Shown: piece after piece, positions 39,153 to 52,594 of the stretch
Layout of the letters: the number at the start of each line of letters is the position of its first letter
Numbering within the stretch: position 1 is the stretch's first letter
Source: Chiloscyllium plagiosum
Lineage: Eukaryota
Direction of reading: 5' to 3'
Assembly: GCF_004010195.1 (NCBI RefSeq)
Contig: NC_057718.1
Span: forward strand, 40,006,101-40,070,100
Length of the DNA: 64,000 nucleotides
Notes under the pieces: generated by a model
The model's input: the letters and a program-made list of their open reading frames with translations, nothing else
Databases searched by the model: none
Told to the model about the DNA's origin: nothing
Program-made: the position numbers and the translations under genes

Positions 39153-42100
39153 AATTGAATTGAATTGAATTTATTGTCACGTGTACTGAGGCACAGTGAA
39201 AAGCTTTGTCTTGCGAGCAATGCAGGAGATCACATAGTTAAGTAGCATAGATAGTAAATAATAGGTAAAAAGCAACAAAAACACAGGTACAGGTGAATGT
39301 TAAGAGTTTGAGAGTCCATTCAGTATTCTAACAACAGTAGTGTCGAGATTGTTACGAAACCGGCTGGTGCGTGTGTTCAGGCTTCTGTACCTTCTCCCTG
39401 ATGGTAGAGGTTGTGGAAAAACATTGCTGGGGTGGGATGAATCTTTAAGAATGTTGGTGACCTTTCCTTGACAGCGGGCCTGGATTCTATAGATGGGAAG
39501 TTGGCCTTTGTGATTGTCTGGGCTGAGTTCACCACTCTCTATAACTGTCTCCGATCTTGAATGGTACAGTTGTCATACCAGGTAGTGATACACCAAGGCA
39601 GAATGCTCTCAATGGTGCACCTATAAAAATTGGCAAGGGTTTTTGCCGTCATGCCAAATTTCCTCAGCTGCCTGAGGAAGAAGAGATGTTGTTGGGCCTT
39701 TGTAACCAGTGCGTCCACATGAAGAGTCCAAGAAAGCTTGTTGTGGTGACCACTCCCAGGAGCTTAACGCTCTCCACTCATTCCACCTCTGTGCTGTTAA
39801 CGTGGAGGGGGGCATGAGTGACAACCCGCTAAAAGTCAATAATGAGTTCCTAGGTTTTGCCAGCATTGAGAGCTAGGTTGTTCTCAGTGTACCATTTTTC
39901 CAGGGCTTCCACCTCCTGTCTGTAGTCTCTTTTGTCGCCATCTGGGATTCGAACGACCACAGTGGTGTCATCAGCGAACTTATAAATGGCATTAGTCTGG
40001 TATTTGGGGATGCAGTCAATGGTATACAGTGAGTATAGTAGGGGGCTGAGTATGCACCCCTAGGGGGCTCCAGTGTTGAGTGTTAGTGAGGATGAAATCT
40101 TGTCCCCAACCTTCACTGTGGCCTGTGAGTCAGGAAACTGAGGATCCAATTGCAGAGAGTGGGGCTTAGTCCGAGATCACTAAGTTTAGTAATCAGTGTC
40201 GAGGAGATAATAGTGTTGAAGGCTGAACTGTAGTCAACGAGTAGGATTCTTACGTAGCTTGGTGTCAAGATGTTTGAGGAGGAATGAAGGGCAAGTGATA
40301 TGACATCTAATGTGGATCTGTTGGTCCGATAGGCAACTTGGAGTGGGTCAAGAGTAGTGGGGAGGCTGGAGTTGATTAATGCCATGACCAGCCTTTCAAA
40401 GTACTTCATGACCACTGAAGTTAGGGCCACTGGGCGATAGTCATTGAAATATGCTGCATGAGCCTTCTTGGGCGTAGGGATGATGTTGGCCCTCTTGAAA
40501 CAGGCAGGGACAGTGGCCTGTTGCAGGAAGAAATTAAAGATGTCCGAGAAGACCTCTGCCAGTTGCTTTGCGCATGCTCTGAATGCACAGCCTGGTGCTC
40601 TGTCTAGTCCCATCGCTTTTCTAGGATTCACACAAAGCAAAACTGATCTGACGTCTGATGCAGTGACTGTTGGGATAAGTTTGCCAGGACTTGTCAGTAT
40701 AGGTGTTATCTCTCCACCGAACGTCTACTCAAAGCGAGTGTAGAAAGCGTTGAGATGATCTGGGAGGGATATGTCATCGTCTGCTATCTTGCACTGTCTC
40801 TTTTTAGAATCTGTGATGTCATTCAGTCCTTGCCACAGTCGCCGGGTGTCTGGGTCTCTAGTTTGAATCGGTATTGGTCCTTGGCTGTCTTAATGGCTCT
40901 GTGAAGGTCATACTTGGATTTCTTATATTTAAGTGAGTCTCCTGATCTGAAGGCCTCACACCTAGTTTTTAGCAGGTTCTGTACATGCTGATTGATCCAG
41001 GGTTTCATGTTTGGGAACACCCGGATTGACTTGCTCGGTATACAGTCCTCCACACACTTGCTGATGAAGTCTGTGATGGTGGTGGCATACCTGTCCAAGG
41101 TATCCGCAAGGGGGTCTCCTGTTTGAGCTTTTGCTTGTAAGCTGGGAGAAGAAGCACGGCATTGTGGTCGGAGTTCCCAAAATGAGGGCGTGGATAGAAC
41201 GGTAGGTGTAGTAGTGGTCTAAAATGTTTGGGCCCCTGGTGGGGCAGGTAATGTTCTGGTGGTACTTGGGCAGCACCTTCCTTAGATTGGCAACTTCAAT
41301 CTAACTAGTCACAGTAAACAGGACCTCAGGGTGTTCCGTTTCCAGGGTGTTAGTAGTAGAGTACAGCACATCCAGAGCTTCCTCAACCTTTGCTTGTGGC
41401 GGTATGTGCACAGCAGTTAGTATAGCAGTGGTAAATTCCCGTGGTAGGTAGATAGGGTGGCATTTGATGGTGAGGAGTTCAAGATTTGGGGTGTAATGGC
41501 TGTCCAGGGTTGCAATGTCCATGCAGCACAAGTTGTTGATTAAAAAGCCAACCCCTCCACCCTCTGTCTTACCCAATGATGCTGTGTGTTCCATATAATG
41601 GATAGAAAAACCATCAGCCTGAAGTGTGCAGTCGGGAATGAATGGGTTGAGCCAGGTTTCTGTGAACCATGTGCGCAGCAGTCCTGCAGTTCATGCTGGA
41701 AGCTGAGCCGTGATCTGAGTTCATCCATCTTGTTATCCAGAGATTATACATTTGCTGGGAGTAAGGTAGGAAGTGGGGGGCGGAGGGGTCTTGAAACCAC
41801 GTAGTCTCAGTCTTACTAGCAGGCCAGCATGCTTACCCCGCTTCCTCGCAGGTTTCTTACATTTGAGTGATCTAGTGGAGTAGATTCTGACTGTTTCCAG
41901 TTAAGTGATCCTTCCTCGGACTCTGTGTAGAGCAGATAAGTTGCAGTTTGGTGTATTTTTGCAGAGGGTCTGCTTAGGACCCAGTGTAGCAGGTAATTTA
42001 CTGTGTGGTTTTTTTATCGGAGGGAGTGTGCTTAGGACTTAGTGGAGAAGGTAGGTTTCTGCTTGTGTTCCGATCTTGTCCAGCTAGTTCCTGGTTTCAC

Positions 42101-42200
42101 TTGGCACCGATTTGTTGCTCCAGCTGCAGCCACGTTTTTTATTGTGCTACTCCCCCTTGTAGAGGTGTTTGGGCTGCTGTCCAGGTAAGTACTGGCTGAC
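39153..42200 (-). mobile_element. Rex1/Babar LINE, near full length but frameshifted
   Basis: APE domain (GGGVGFLINN, YLPREFT) and RT (NDYRPVALTSVVMKYFERLV, LDPLQ, DYSSAFNTI); (AATTC)n tail; 5' limit approximate. Confidence 0.9.
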
Positions 42201-42719
42201 ATGAAATCTCAGAAATGTCTTGAAAGGTTATGAGACTGGAGGAGAATCTGGAGATGGCAAAAGACAGGATATTGAGGGATTTCATGAAGAAAAGAAGCAT
42301 TTTAAATCCAATGAAAATTTAAGGTCTGCTTTAATTTTTTTTGTTCATAATAATATGCCTTTGAAAGTGTTGTTTACAAAGACTTTAATTCTGAACTTAA
42401 TTTCACCAATTTCACTTCATATGAGTCTGCAGTTACAAGGTTTGGTATCAAATGGGAAACATCAGCTACTGGAGTCTTCAGGCCTTTGATTGATTCCAAA
42501 AAAACTAAAAGAATCTATGGTAATGTATGGATAAAAATTGACATGTTGTTCATGCAGCATAATTCCTATCAAAGGCAGTATGTCTGAGTGCAAAATGGAG
42601 CGTTAGAGCCAGCTCTTGGCTATTTTGGCATTAAATGTATTGATTTGATGTAAATGAATTATGAAGTTTGATAAATTAACCAGCATGAGCTTAGACAAAT
42701 AGTCATAATTCTCGGAGGC

Positions 42720-43365
42720 TAGGCAGGCAAATGAAAACAGTTATTAAGAAGGTTTATATGATCCTTGGGTTTATACACCGAGGCATAGAGTATAAAGTCA
42801 AGGAAGTGATGCTACACTTCTTCAAGCCACATTTGGAATATTGTATAAGGAAAGATGTTAAAGCCCTTGTGAGAGTGCATTGGAGATTTACTTGAATGAT
42901 ACCAAGAATGATGGATTTTAGATACAAGGAAAGATTAGAGAAATTGGACTTGTTCTCCTTGGAGCAGAGAAGGTAAGTGGTAACCTTTTATTGAGGTGTT
43001 CAAAATGATTAATAATTTTGACTGTATAAGGAAGGATGCTCTGCTTATACTACTTGGCACATCAGTAAATAGGGGTCACAATTTCAAGATTGTCAGCCAA
43101 AGAGTTCTGAGTGAGAAGAAGAGAAACCTATTATTGGAGCGAGATGCAGAAAAACTTATTTACTTGGTTGTTTGGATTTGGAATAGCCTACTTGAGAGTG
43201 TGGTGGAAGTAGATTCCACTGGAGGTTTCAAAAAAGAGCTGGATATATATTTGAACGTGATGAATTTACGGGGCCACGGGGAATGGAACTAGCTGGGTAG
43301 CTCTTTTGGGAGCCAGTACAACATGATAGGTTAAATGGCCTCCTTCTCTACAGTAAAATTCTATT
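42720..43365 (+). mobile_element. CR1 3' fragment
   Basis: ORF 42996-43292 (RGHNFKI, IWNSL, FKKELD). Confidence 0.82.
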
Positions 43366-44220
43366 TAATTTTCTATTATGAATTTTTAAAAGCACTCTAT
43401 TTTACAAACCTATATTTGACTGCAGTGACCAATCTGTATTTATATATACATCTGAATTCTTTGGAAATTATGTTTTAAAAAAATTGCAACAGAAAACCAG
43501 ACATTTCCACTGGTGTTTATCATCCACATAATGTATTTTTTATTCTGCTCATCTCATTGCCATCCAAATATATCTTCCTATTTCTCACTGATATATACTC
43601 TCTGACTCTATTTAACAAGATTGCCCACAAGTGTTAAAATCATGAGGGAGAGAAAACTCATTTTGCCTTTGCAGGTTATGCAGACAACCTGTTCATTCAC
43701 TTTTCTGCATACCCTTTAGTTTCAAATATTTAAAGCTATTTTGGAGTCTGTCTACTTTTGCTGAAAAAGAATTTCATCTTCTTTCTTTTGCCTTTTTATT
43801 CATTTGAATAAATTTCTTCCCCTAACTTTTTGTATGACATCACCCATGAGAAGGTGGTATTATTATCAAAATCAGAATGCATCGCCTATCCAAACATGTG
43901 TTTGAAGATGGTGGTAAGGAATGCCTTAAAATTCCAGTCCATTTGGTGTAGTTGCTTCCGTAGGACTTTTAAGTAGAAAATTTAGGAGTTTGACTCAGTC
44001 ATCATGAATGAATAGTGCTATAAGTCTCAAGGCAGGATGGTTTGTGTTTTGAAGGGGGACTTGGAGATGGTGTTGCCATGTGCTAATGCTGTTGACCTTC
44101 TCCGTGGGAGAGGTTGTGGTTTTGTTCTTGAAGAAACACTACAGAATTTATGCAGTGCGTCTTGTGTGTGCACTGTATGTGCTGTGGTGACTGAATGAGT
44201 GTTATGTTACTAAATGGAGT

Positions 44221-44706
44221 GCTTATTAAGTTATCTGGATGGTGAAAGTTTTGAGTGTTGTTTAAAGCTGCACGCAACAAGGCAAGGAGAGTGTTCCATT
44301 ATATTCCTGTCTTGTTGCAAGCAGATTGGACAGGTTTTGAAGAGTTAGGAGATAAGTTACTTTTTACTGAATTCCCAGCCTTTGACCTTTTATGGCCACA
44401 GTATATATGTGGCTGGTCAAGGATAATTCACAATTGGATGACTTAAAATAAGCTACCACCAGAGCTTATTAAGTTATCTGGATGGTGAAAGTTTTGAGTG
44501 TTGTTTAAAGCTGTACGCAACAAGGCAAGGAGAGTGTTCCATTATATTCCTGTCTTGTTGCAAGCAGAATGGACAGGTTTTGAAGAGTTAGGAGATAAGT
44601 TACTTTTGACTGAATTCCCAGCCTATGACCTTTTATGGCCACAGTATATATGTGGCTGGTCAAGGATAATTCACAATTGGATGACTTAAAATAAGCTACC
44701 ACCAGA
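44221..44706 (+). repeat. 243-bp tandem duplication
   Basis: 44221-44463 vs 44464-44706, 4 substitutions seen; twin ORFs in the track. Confidence 0.93.
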
Positions 44707-46414
44707 AGGAAAAGGCTTTTTGAATATTGCCATCCTTCACTGACAGTTTGAAAAGAGGTTGAATAAAAGCATGGATGTAATTTGCACAAAGAAAAGGAAG
44801 AATCCAACCTTCCATTTGCTTCATAAACTTTTATTGCAAATTATAAGGACAAGGTCATCGGCTGTGACACCAAATGGCCCTTGCACATCAATAAATTGCT
44901 TACTGACACAGTCTGGAGCTCTCAGGACCATTCATCTCCAGACCTCAGTCTTTTTCCACACATGACCCTGCTGAATTTCAGAACTGAAATGTGATTAGCT
45001 TTTCATACAGTCAGTTTTTGTGCTGGCCACCATGAACCGATTTAGTTTCTTATACAAACCCAACTTGTTCACTAATCTGCCACACTCGCCTAATTTGGCC
45101 CACGTACACTTCCAGACACAGTAATGTTTTTCTCTTGACTGTCTTCTGCAATGACCAAGCTGGCTATTACCACTTCAGAACACTACAGTTTGGTGATGAC
45201 AGAGGCCTTACAATGTTCTTAATAACAGACCACACCAGCCTGGCACTGCCACACTCCGAATCATGCAATTCAACCAATATCCAAAACTCCATTGTCACTG
45301 TCCTTATAGAGTCTTGTCTTGAGCAGAACAGACATACTAATGATGGAAGAAGAGTGGCATTCAACCTAAAAGGAGGTCAGCTGGCATTCTTCAATGTTCA
45401 CTGTGGATTGCATATGAAATTTCTTGGCGTCAAGTATAATGCGGGCTCAGAAATCTTCTGCTGATTTCAACTCACTGCCCTTCACCTGATGAATTCATAC
45501 TCTTGTATGTTGAATATCATTGGGATGAAGCACTGAAGAAAAGGGGACAGAATGTACTCTTAGAAAGTAAAAGATTAACACCATGGTGACATTACAGACC
45601 AAGCTGACTAACTTCTGAAGATTGTAATTGCTGGACATGTTCTGTGGCTGGTATGAGAAGAATCACGTGACCTCATTCTCACCAACTTATCTGTCGTAGG
45701 TCTATGTGACCGTTTTGGTCAGAATAACCACTGCCTGGTTCCTATGAAGATCGAGTTTGGCTTCACACTGAGGACATTGCATGGTGTTGTTTAACACTGC
45801 CACTGTGCTAAAAGAGCTGGATTTAGAATAAATCTACAAGTGCTAAACTAGACTTGCATGTGGCTTCAGCAGCAACAGACTTCTGTGTCATGATTTGAAA
45901 CATCTTACCACTCAATCTGTCACTACAAAAAGTAAAAATACTGAAGACTTGTGTTCGATAGCTATCCACTCCCAAGCCAAGCTGTTCTATTACACTTACA
46001 AAACTGGCATCTAACAATTAATGTGGAAAAATAATGAGGTATGTTCAGTACATAAAAGCAGGACAAATCCACATACCAATTACAGTCCATTCAGCCTACT
46101 TTGCCATCAGCAAAATCATAGAGAAGTGTTATCAAGTGGCACTTGCAAATGAGTAACCTGCTCATTGCATGCATGGAAAAGAGTTGAATTCCCAGAAGTG
46201 AGAGTTGTGGCCTTTTGATATCAAGGCAACGTTTGATCGAGTGTGGCATCAAGGAACAAGTATCAACATCCTAATGTGTCCATTGATCAGAAACTGACCT
46301 GGACCAGACATGTACATACTGTAGTTACAAGAGTGGGTTAGAAGCTGGGAATTTTGATAGTGAGCAACTCACCATCGGTCTCCCCAATGTCTATTCACCA
46401 TCTACAAGGTTTAA

Positions 46415-46970
46415 TCTTTAGTGGGCGTCCGGGTGAAGCACTGCTGATAATTCCTGCTTTCTGTTTATATGTTTGGGTTTCTTTGGATTGGAGATGACAT
46501 TTCCTGCTTTTTTTTTCCTAAGGTGGTAGATGGGGTCTAACTCGATGCGTTTGTTGATAGAGTTCCGGTTGGAATGCCATGCTTCTAGGCATTCTCGTGT
46601 GTCTCTGTTTGGCTTGTCCTAGGATGGATGTGTTCTCCCAGGATACATGAACACCAACTAGCCACAAAACGACATGACCCTCTCTCACTAGTATCCTTAC
46701 GTACAGATAAGCAAGGACACCACTTTGACTGGGACAACACAGTTAGATCCCATCTACCACCCCCTGAGAAAAAGAACAGGAAATGACATCACCAACCCAA
46801 AGAAACCCAAACATGTAAATAAAAAGCAGGCGTTATCAGCACTGCTTTGCCCGGAGGCCCACTGAAGATGTTACCGAGTAAGGTGACGAAATGTCTGGAA
46901 ATGAACCATCCAACTCAGTGAGCAAACCTACATCTAGAACCTCAATCTGAGCTACAAATCTTAAAACTTG
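46415..46970. mobile_element. PLE insertion with inversion inside an old CR1-clade relic (about 45000-47830)
   Basis: TSD acaagRtttaa; IHEHQLATKRHDPLSLVS..GHHFDWDNT and LEAWHS GIY-YIG pieces; inverted halves. Confidence 0.82.
46859..46898 (+). ncRNA. Hammerhead ribozyme motif with long stem II
   Basis: CCA-CUGAAGA-U-GUUACC-GAGUAA-GGUGAC-GAAAU-GUC-UGG; stems I and II pair. Confidence 0.6.
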
Positions 46971-47895
46971 ACAAGATTTAAGTCAGTGGTTTGATGGATT
47001 ACTGCCCACTTGAAGATGGTACTGGGTGGGTGCAGCTCCAATAAGCTTGATGACATCCAGGACAAAGCAGCCAGTTTGATTGGTACTCCATCCAGCACCT
47101 ACAAACATTTAGTTCAATCACTATTGATGCAGTTTGGAAACAGCTTGGCTATTAATGTACACAGTTCTCTTAAGTGAAGTAATCAAATGTAGCTGACCAA
47201 CTTGGCCAAATGAGGAGTATAGAAGTATATGCCAGCACAGCATCAATACCAGGGAGCAAACTGAATATGTGGTTACCTGGTGAACATACAGTATAAGATC
47301 ATTTGTTCACTAAATAGCAGAAGCAACCTGTTGTTGTAGAGAGCTAAGTGATTCTGCACCAGTGGATCAATTAAATGCTTTGCAGTCCTATTATATTCAG
47401 TGCTTAACAATGGTTGACACTAAACTAACCAGAGGAGGAAATCCATCAAGTGTCCTCATTCTCAATGTTGGAGGAGCATACAAAATCAATTCAAAAGATA
47501 AGGTTGAAGCATTTGCAGTTATCCTCAGGAAAATCGAGTCCCCTGTGTTCTCGGACCCCATCATCACAGGTGCCAGTTTTTTGGCCAATTTGGTTGATGG
47601 TGTGATATGAGAGGTTAGTGTATCGCAAAGACCATGGGCCCTGACAACACCCGAGCTCTAATGGTGAAGTCTTATGCTCCAGAACTAGCTACATGCCTCG
47701 CCAAGCCACTGCAATAGATTTTGAACATTGACATCTACTGGGCTATGAGAGAAAATTGCCCAGCTTTGCCCTGTCCATAAAGCAGGACAAATCTTATCCA
47801 CCATTAGTCTATTTGTCAACTTCAGCAATTATGCAGTAGTAATTAGTTAGAAATCACACAACATCAGGTTATAGTCCAACAGGTTTATTTGGAAG

Positions 47896-47930
47896 CACTA
47901 GCTTTTGGAGTGCCACTCCTTCATCAGGTG
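47896..47930 (-). ncRNA. Degenerate hammerhead motif (G12 to A)
   Basis: Minus strand CAC-CUGAUGA-A-GGAG-UGGCA-CUCC-aAAAG-CUA-GUG; palindromic AGCU stem III. Confidence 0.5.
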
Positions 47931-48093
47931 GTTGTGGAATATAAGATCATAAGAGACAGAAATTTAGCAAACATATTAGTGTCATGCAGTGCTACATTGA
48001 ATAAACCTGGATTGTAAAGCCTTTCATTTTTTGTAAGAATGCAGATTTTGGTTCATTTAATATGTAAACCCCAGAACTACTTTTAAATCATCT

Positions 48094-48662
48094 TGTTAGG
48101 TTCTTTTCCTGAGATTTCATACATGAGATGCAATTCGCACGCACTAACTTCTACAATCAGTTATTAAAGTCTGTACAAGCTAGTTGTTTCTCTTCCCCCC
48201 CTCATGCTTTGACACATTTTGCAGGCGTGTGAAAAGAAGCCCCGAACAAAGGAAACACATCCCCTTTATATAGGTCAGTTGGTAATGCTCACAGCTACTC
48301 CAGCCATTTCCCACAAGGTCATCCTCGGGGATAATGTAAATGTCCCCGTGCTGGGGAATCATTATGCAAACGGTTTCCTGACTCTGTGATTCCCAAAGAC
48401 GACAATGTAGGTGTGATATGACCTAGCTTTGTGGGATGATCATGCAAACGATTTTGATTGACTGGAGATGGCTATGAAAGCATTTCTGAATGGAAGGGAT
48501 TGAATGAGAGTTTAATTTGATAATAGCAGTAGAATAGTAGTAAATGGCTGCCGGAATGAAGTGTGAATTACAATGGATAGTTCCCCACATTCCTGCATCC
48601 TGTCTATGAGACAGAACAGCTTCTTGGAGAAAGACAGTACAGTTTAACACTTTAATATAACA
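48094..48662 (-). mobile_element. Solo LTR-like insert in the PLE
   Basis: tgtta...taaca termini; TATATAAAGGGG on the minus strand; no clear TSD. Confidence 0.45.
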
Positions 48663-48671
48663 TTAATGTCC

Positions 48672-48911
48672 AGAGAGAGAGAGTACAATTTAATCTTTTA
48701 ATAATACCACCTTCTTGAGATAACAAAGGTTTTAGAGCAAAAGGTAACCTCTCCACTCAGACAATGCATTAAAGGTGTGAGGTCAGAGTCAAGAGAGAGA
48801 GTACAATTTAATCTTTTAATAATAATACCACCTTCTTAAGATAACAAAGGTTTTAGAGCAAAAGGTAACCTCTCCACTCAGACAATGCATTAAAGGTGTG
48901 AGGTCAGAGTC
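48672..48911 (+). repeat. About 120-bp tandem duplication
   Basis: 48672-48790 vs 48791-48911 are near-identical. Confidence 0.9.
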
Positions 48912-49750
48912 ACTGTGTATCTCAATCTTGAGTCAGACTGGTTCTGTTTTCAAAGTGGAATTTGTGAAATATTGCATGTATTGAGTGCCTGCAGATTGTG
49001 CAATTTTTTGAGCTGAATAGAGTGTATCTGCAAATACAAATTCATCCCATAGACTTGTTTGTGTGCATGAGAGAGAGTGAGAGAAAATGTGCATGTGTGA
49101 GTACACATGAGACAGTGTGTTTGTGTGTGAAAGCTTCGTAAAGTGTGTGGGTGTGATGGAGTATAAGCCTGTGAGAGAGTGTGTGGGCTGGGTATGTGTG
49201 TGTTTGTGTGCTTGTGTGAGCGTATAGTGTAGTGGAGCCACCTGTAGTGCAACATGAACCCAAGGTCCCAGTTGAGACCATCCCATCGGTACCAAACTTG
49301 GCTATCAGCCTCTGCTCGGCCTCTTTGCATTGTTGCCAGTCCCGAAATCCGCCTTGGAGGATGGTCACCCAAAAATCCAAGACCAAATGTCCCTGACCGC
49401 TGATGTGTTCCCCAACTGGGAGGGAACACCCTTATCTATTGATTATTGTGCAGTGACCATTCATGTATTATTGGCAAGGCCAAGCAGATGCTACAATGCC
49501 TCAGGGCGTCCTTGCCTGCAGTGTATGTGGTAGACAATGTTGGCCAAGTCACACAAATATCTGCCGCGTACACTATGGATGATGTCCCCACGGGTAATGG
49601 TGCTATCTGTGTCGATACTCTGATACTCTGACACATGTTGCAGTGGTTGACATGATGGATTTCTACAGTATTGTGGTCAATGTTGTCCTGAAGGCTGGGC
49701 AGTTTGCAAACAATCATCTGTTAAAGTTTGGCAGTTGTTTTAAAGGCGAG

Positions 49751-50140
49751 AAGTGGAGGTGCAAATTGGTTGAACAACATCTCATCTTCCGCCTGGGCAG
49801 CTCAACGTTGAGTTTTCCAATTTGAAATGACCTCCCTTCCCTTCTCGTGACTCCATTCCCAGCCCCCCACCCCTTCCACTCCTCCCAGCCACCTGTCAGA
49901 TTCATTCCTCCCATTGACCAACCAGGTTGTACCCATTACCTGTTTTCACCTATCCCCACTTCACCACCCTGCCCCGCCACCCCCTTTATCTGCAGCTCCT
50001 CTTACACCCAGTGCCAGTCCTGAAGAATGGTTACATCTGAAACATCGACTTCTTCTCCACCTCGTGATGCTGCCTGGGTTGCTCTGTTCTTCCAGCCTCC
50101 TGCTTGTCTACCTTGTTCAGCATCTGCAGGTTTTGTTTTT
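49751..50140 (+). mobile_element. PLE 3' fragment
   Basis: RCKLVEQHLIFRLG followed by a terminal region with a hammerhead. Confidence 0.78.
50016..50050 (+). ncRNA. Degenerate hammerhead motif
   Basis: AGUC-CUGAAGA...GAAAC-AUC-GACU; perfect 4-bp stem I, damaged stem II. Confidence 0.5.
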
Positions 50141-52594
50141 GTCTCTCGACCTATTCATTAGGGCATTGGATGATTAATTTGGATAAAAATGATGTGCAAG
50201 GGTGTTTGGGGGAGTGGGGAGTAAAAGCAGGACATTGTACCAGATCTTCAAATGAGCATTTTTACTGAGTATTGGACGTGATGTACCAAATGGCCTCATT
50301 CTGTACTCAAGACCATTGACCTTTTTTTTCTTGCTGATAGTGGATTAACCATGAAATACAAAGTTGGGTGTTTTAGTTGTAATATGAAAGCTATTTAAGT
50401 GCCATTAACTAATTGAGTTACATGAGCTAGGAAGACTGCAGCTTGAACTCCAATCTCTGCTGTGAACTGATGTTTCCCAGAAACTGAAATTTTAGTCTTT
50501 AAGCTCTTGAGTAAAGAAAAGGGGGGAAAAAAATTACTCCAAACATCACTATAACTATATCCTTTGCCCTGCCTTGTTTCATTTGCTAAAAACCTTCCCT
50601 CGTGCCTTAAGTTATCTCCCCTAGATATCACCATTCCAAATGAACTCCTGGCCTCCCTCCCACATTCTAGCCTGAATAAACTTGGCATGCCCCAACTTGG
50701 ATAAAGTCCTCTATATCCAATACCCCTGTATTCACTGACTTCTATTGGCCTTCATTTAAGTAATGCTTTGATTTTAAACTCTGATCATTCTTTTTAAACC
50801 TCTTGATGCCCTCTCTATGCTTGCAATCTTATCCAGTCCTGTATCCTCATGAGTTATCTGTACTCCTCCAGTTTTAAAGCTGCAGGATTAATTGCCATAT
50901 CTTCAGCTGCCAAGTTCTGTGATGCTTTATTACATTAAAGCTGATAGGTAAATACAATGGGTTGTCTTCAAATCCCTCTGTAAGTGTGTCCTTTTTCTAT
51001 CTCTGTGACCTTGTGCAGCCACAACACACCTAAGATACTGCATTTCTCCAATTTGGTCCTCATATATGACTCTGATTTCAGTTGTTTTGCCATTGACAGT
51101 TGTGCCTTTTAACTTCCCTGTTTCAGTGTTCAAATTCCTTTTGCAAAATGTTTCCACCTCCACCTCCCTGCTTTTTAAGTGTCTTTTCGATTAAGATTTT
51201 GGTCATTTGGCCTAATACATGCATCGAGTCATTTAACTTTGTTCAAGGAGGTATATAAATGCTAGTTGTTGCTGTTTTTGTTAATCAGGTTAATGTTCCT
51301 GTTTTTTCATCCTGGAACTAAAACCCAATAGATTATCAGCTACATCATACGTAATGAAAGTTGATAGTTTTAATTTGACCATGATGAGGTATCACCATGC
51401 TTTAAAGGAATACATGATGTTAACCTTTCTGCAATACTTTCATAGCTGCTAATTAACTGTTGAAGTGGTGGAGTGTTACCTGATATTACTCAGTGATCAC
51501 ATCAGATGATTAGACTACAAAGTTCTGAGGAATGTTGAATTACAAGCAAAAGAATTTGTGAAGCTCAGTCTATATTCAGTTATTGGCATCATTGTAGGTT
51601 TCTCGTTTTCAAAATTGCTTGATCATGGGTGGCTTTTTCTAGGATACCCTGATCAGTCACACGTGCTTAGTTAGAGAGTCCTGAACTTGAGCACAAATTG
51701 CTTCAACAAGTGTGGCATTGGGCTTTTCTAGAGGACTATAATTTGAAATGGTTGTGGTTCAGAAATGCCTTGAACTGCACCCAGGTATCACCAATTGCAA
51801 GCAGGTATTTTCTTGTAGCTTCCTAATTTTTTTTAAATTGAAGAACTGAATAAGTTAGTACTTTGTATTAACCAATAGATCAGGAATGGATTTTTAAGTA
51901 ACGAGCATGAGTCTTTTTCTTTCAGCTCAGCAAGTACATATTAATAGCATGGAGAAATCTTATTTAAGCGGTGATGTAAATACATTGGAAGCAGTTCAGA
52001 GAAGATTACCACACTATTACTAGGAATGTGTGGGTTAACTTACGAGGACAGGTTGGGCAGGCTAGGCTTGTATCCATTGGAGTTTAGAAAATGACTATTG
52101 AAACATCGATCCTGTCATGCCTTGACAGTTTGGATGAGGAGAGAATATTTCTTGTTTATTGGTAATCTAGAACTATAGAGCCATCCTTTAAAAATAAGGG
52201 ATCACTCATTCAAATCGCAGACAAAGCTAATTTTTTTTTCTGGGGTTTGTAGGCCTTTAGAACCCTTCTCCTGAAAAGATATTCAAAGTCTCTGTTTCCA
52301 CAATTTTTAAAGCCGAGGTGGGTAAATGTTTGGTCAGCAGTGGTAGGTTAGCAGTGGTAGGACTTGAGCTTACAGTTGGCTTAATTATATTCTTATTAAA
52401 TGGGGATGGATTGTAACGTGATATATGTGTGATATGCTAACCAGGAACATATGCTCAATTTGTGCTACTGTACTGGAGACCTTTGTCGGGCTACTGTTCA
52501 CTGATTGAGTGCTAAAGTAATTTAGTGATAACATCATTATCTCTGAGACAGTAGATTGACGCTTCACACCTCAAATCGGGATCAATGTGGAGTC

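Larger units (their letters stand above)
47849..49750 (-). mobile_element. PLE 3' portion (GIY-YIG relic, (CA)-rich UTR, terminal hammerhead)
   Basis: ILQGG..EAEQRLIAKFGT; hammerhead at 47896-47930; interrupted at about 48091-48710. Confidence 0.8.

Noticed and set aside
48933..49429. Overlapping 114-159 aa His/Thr-rich ORFs
   Set aside because: Arise from the (CA)n-rich PLE UTR and the GIY-YIG relic
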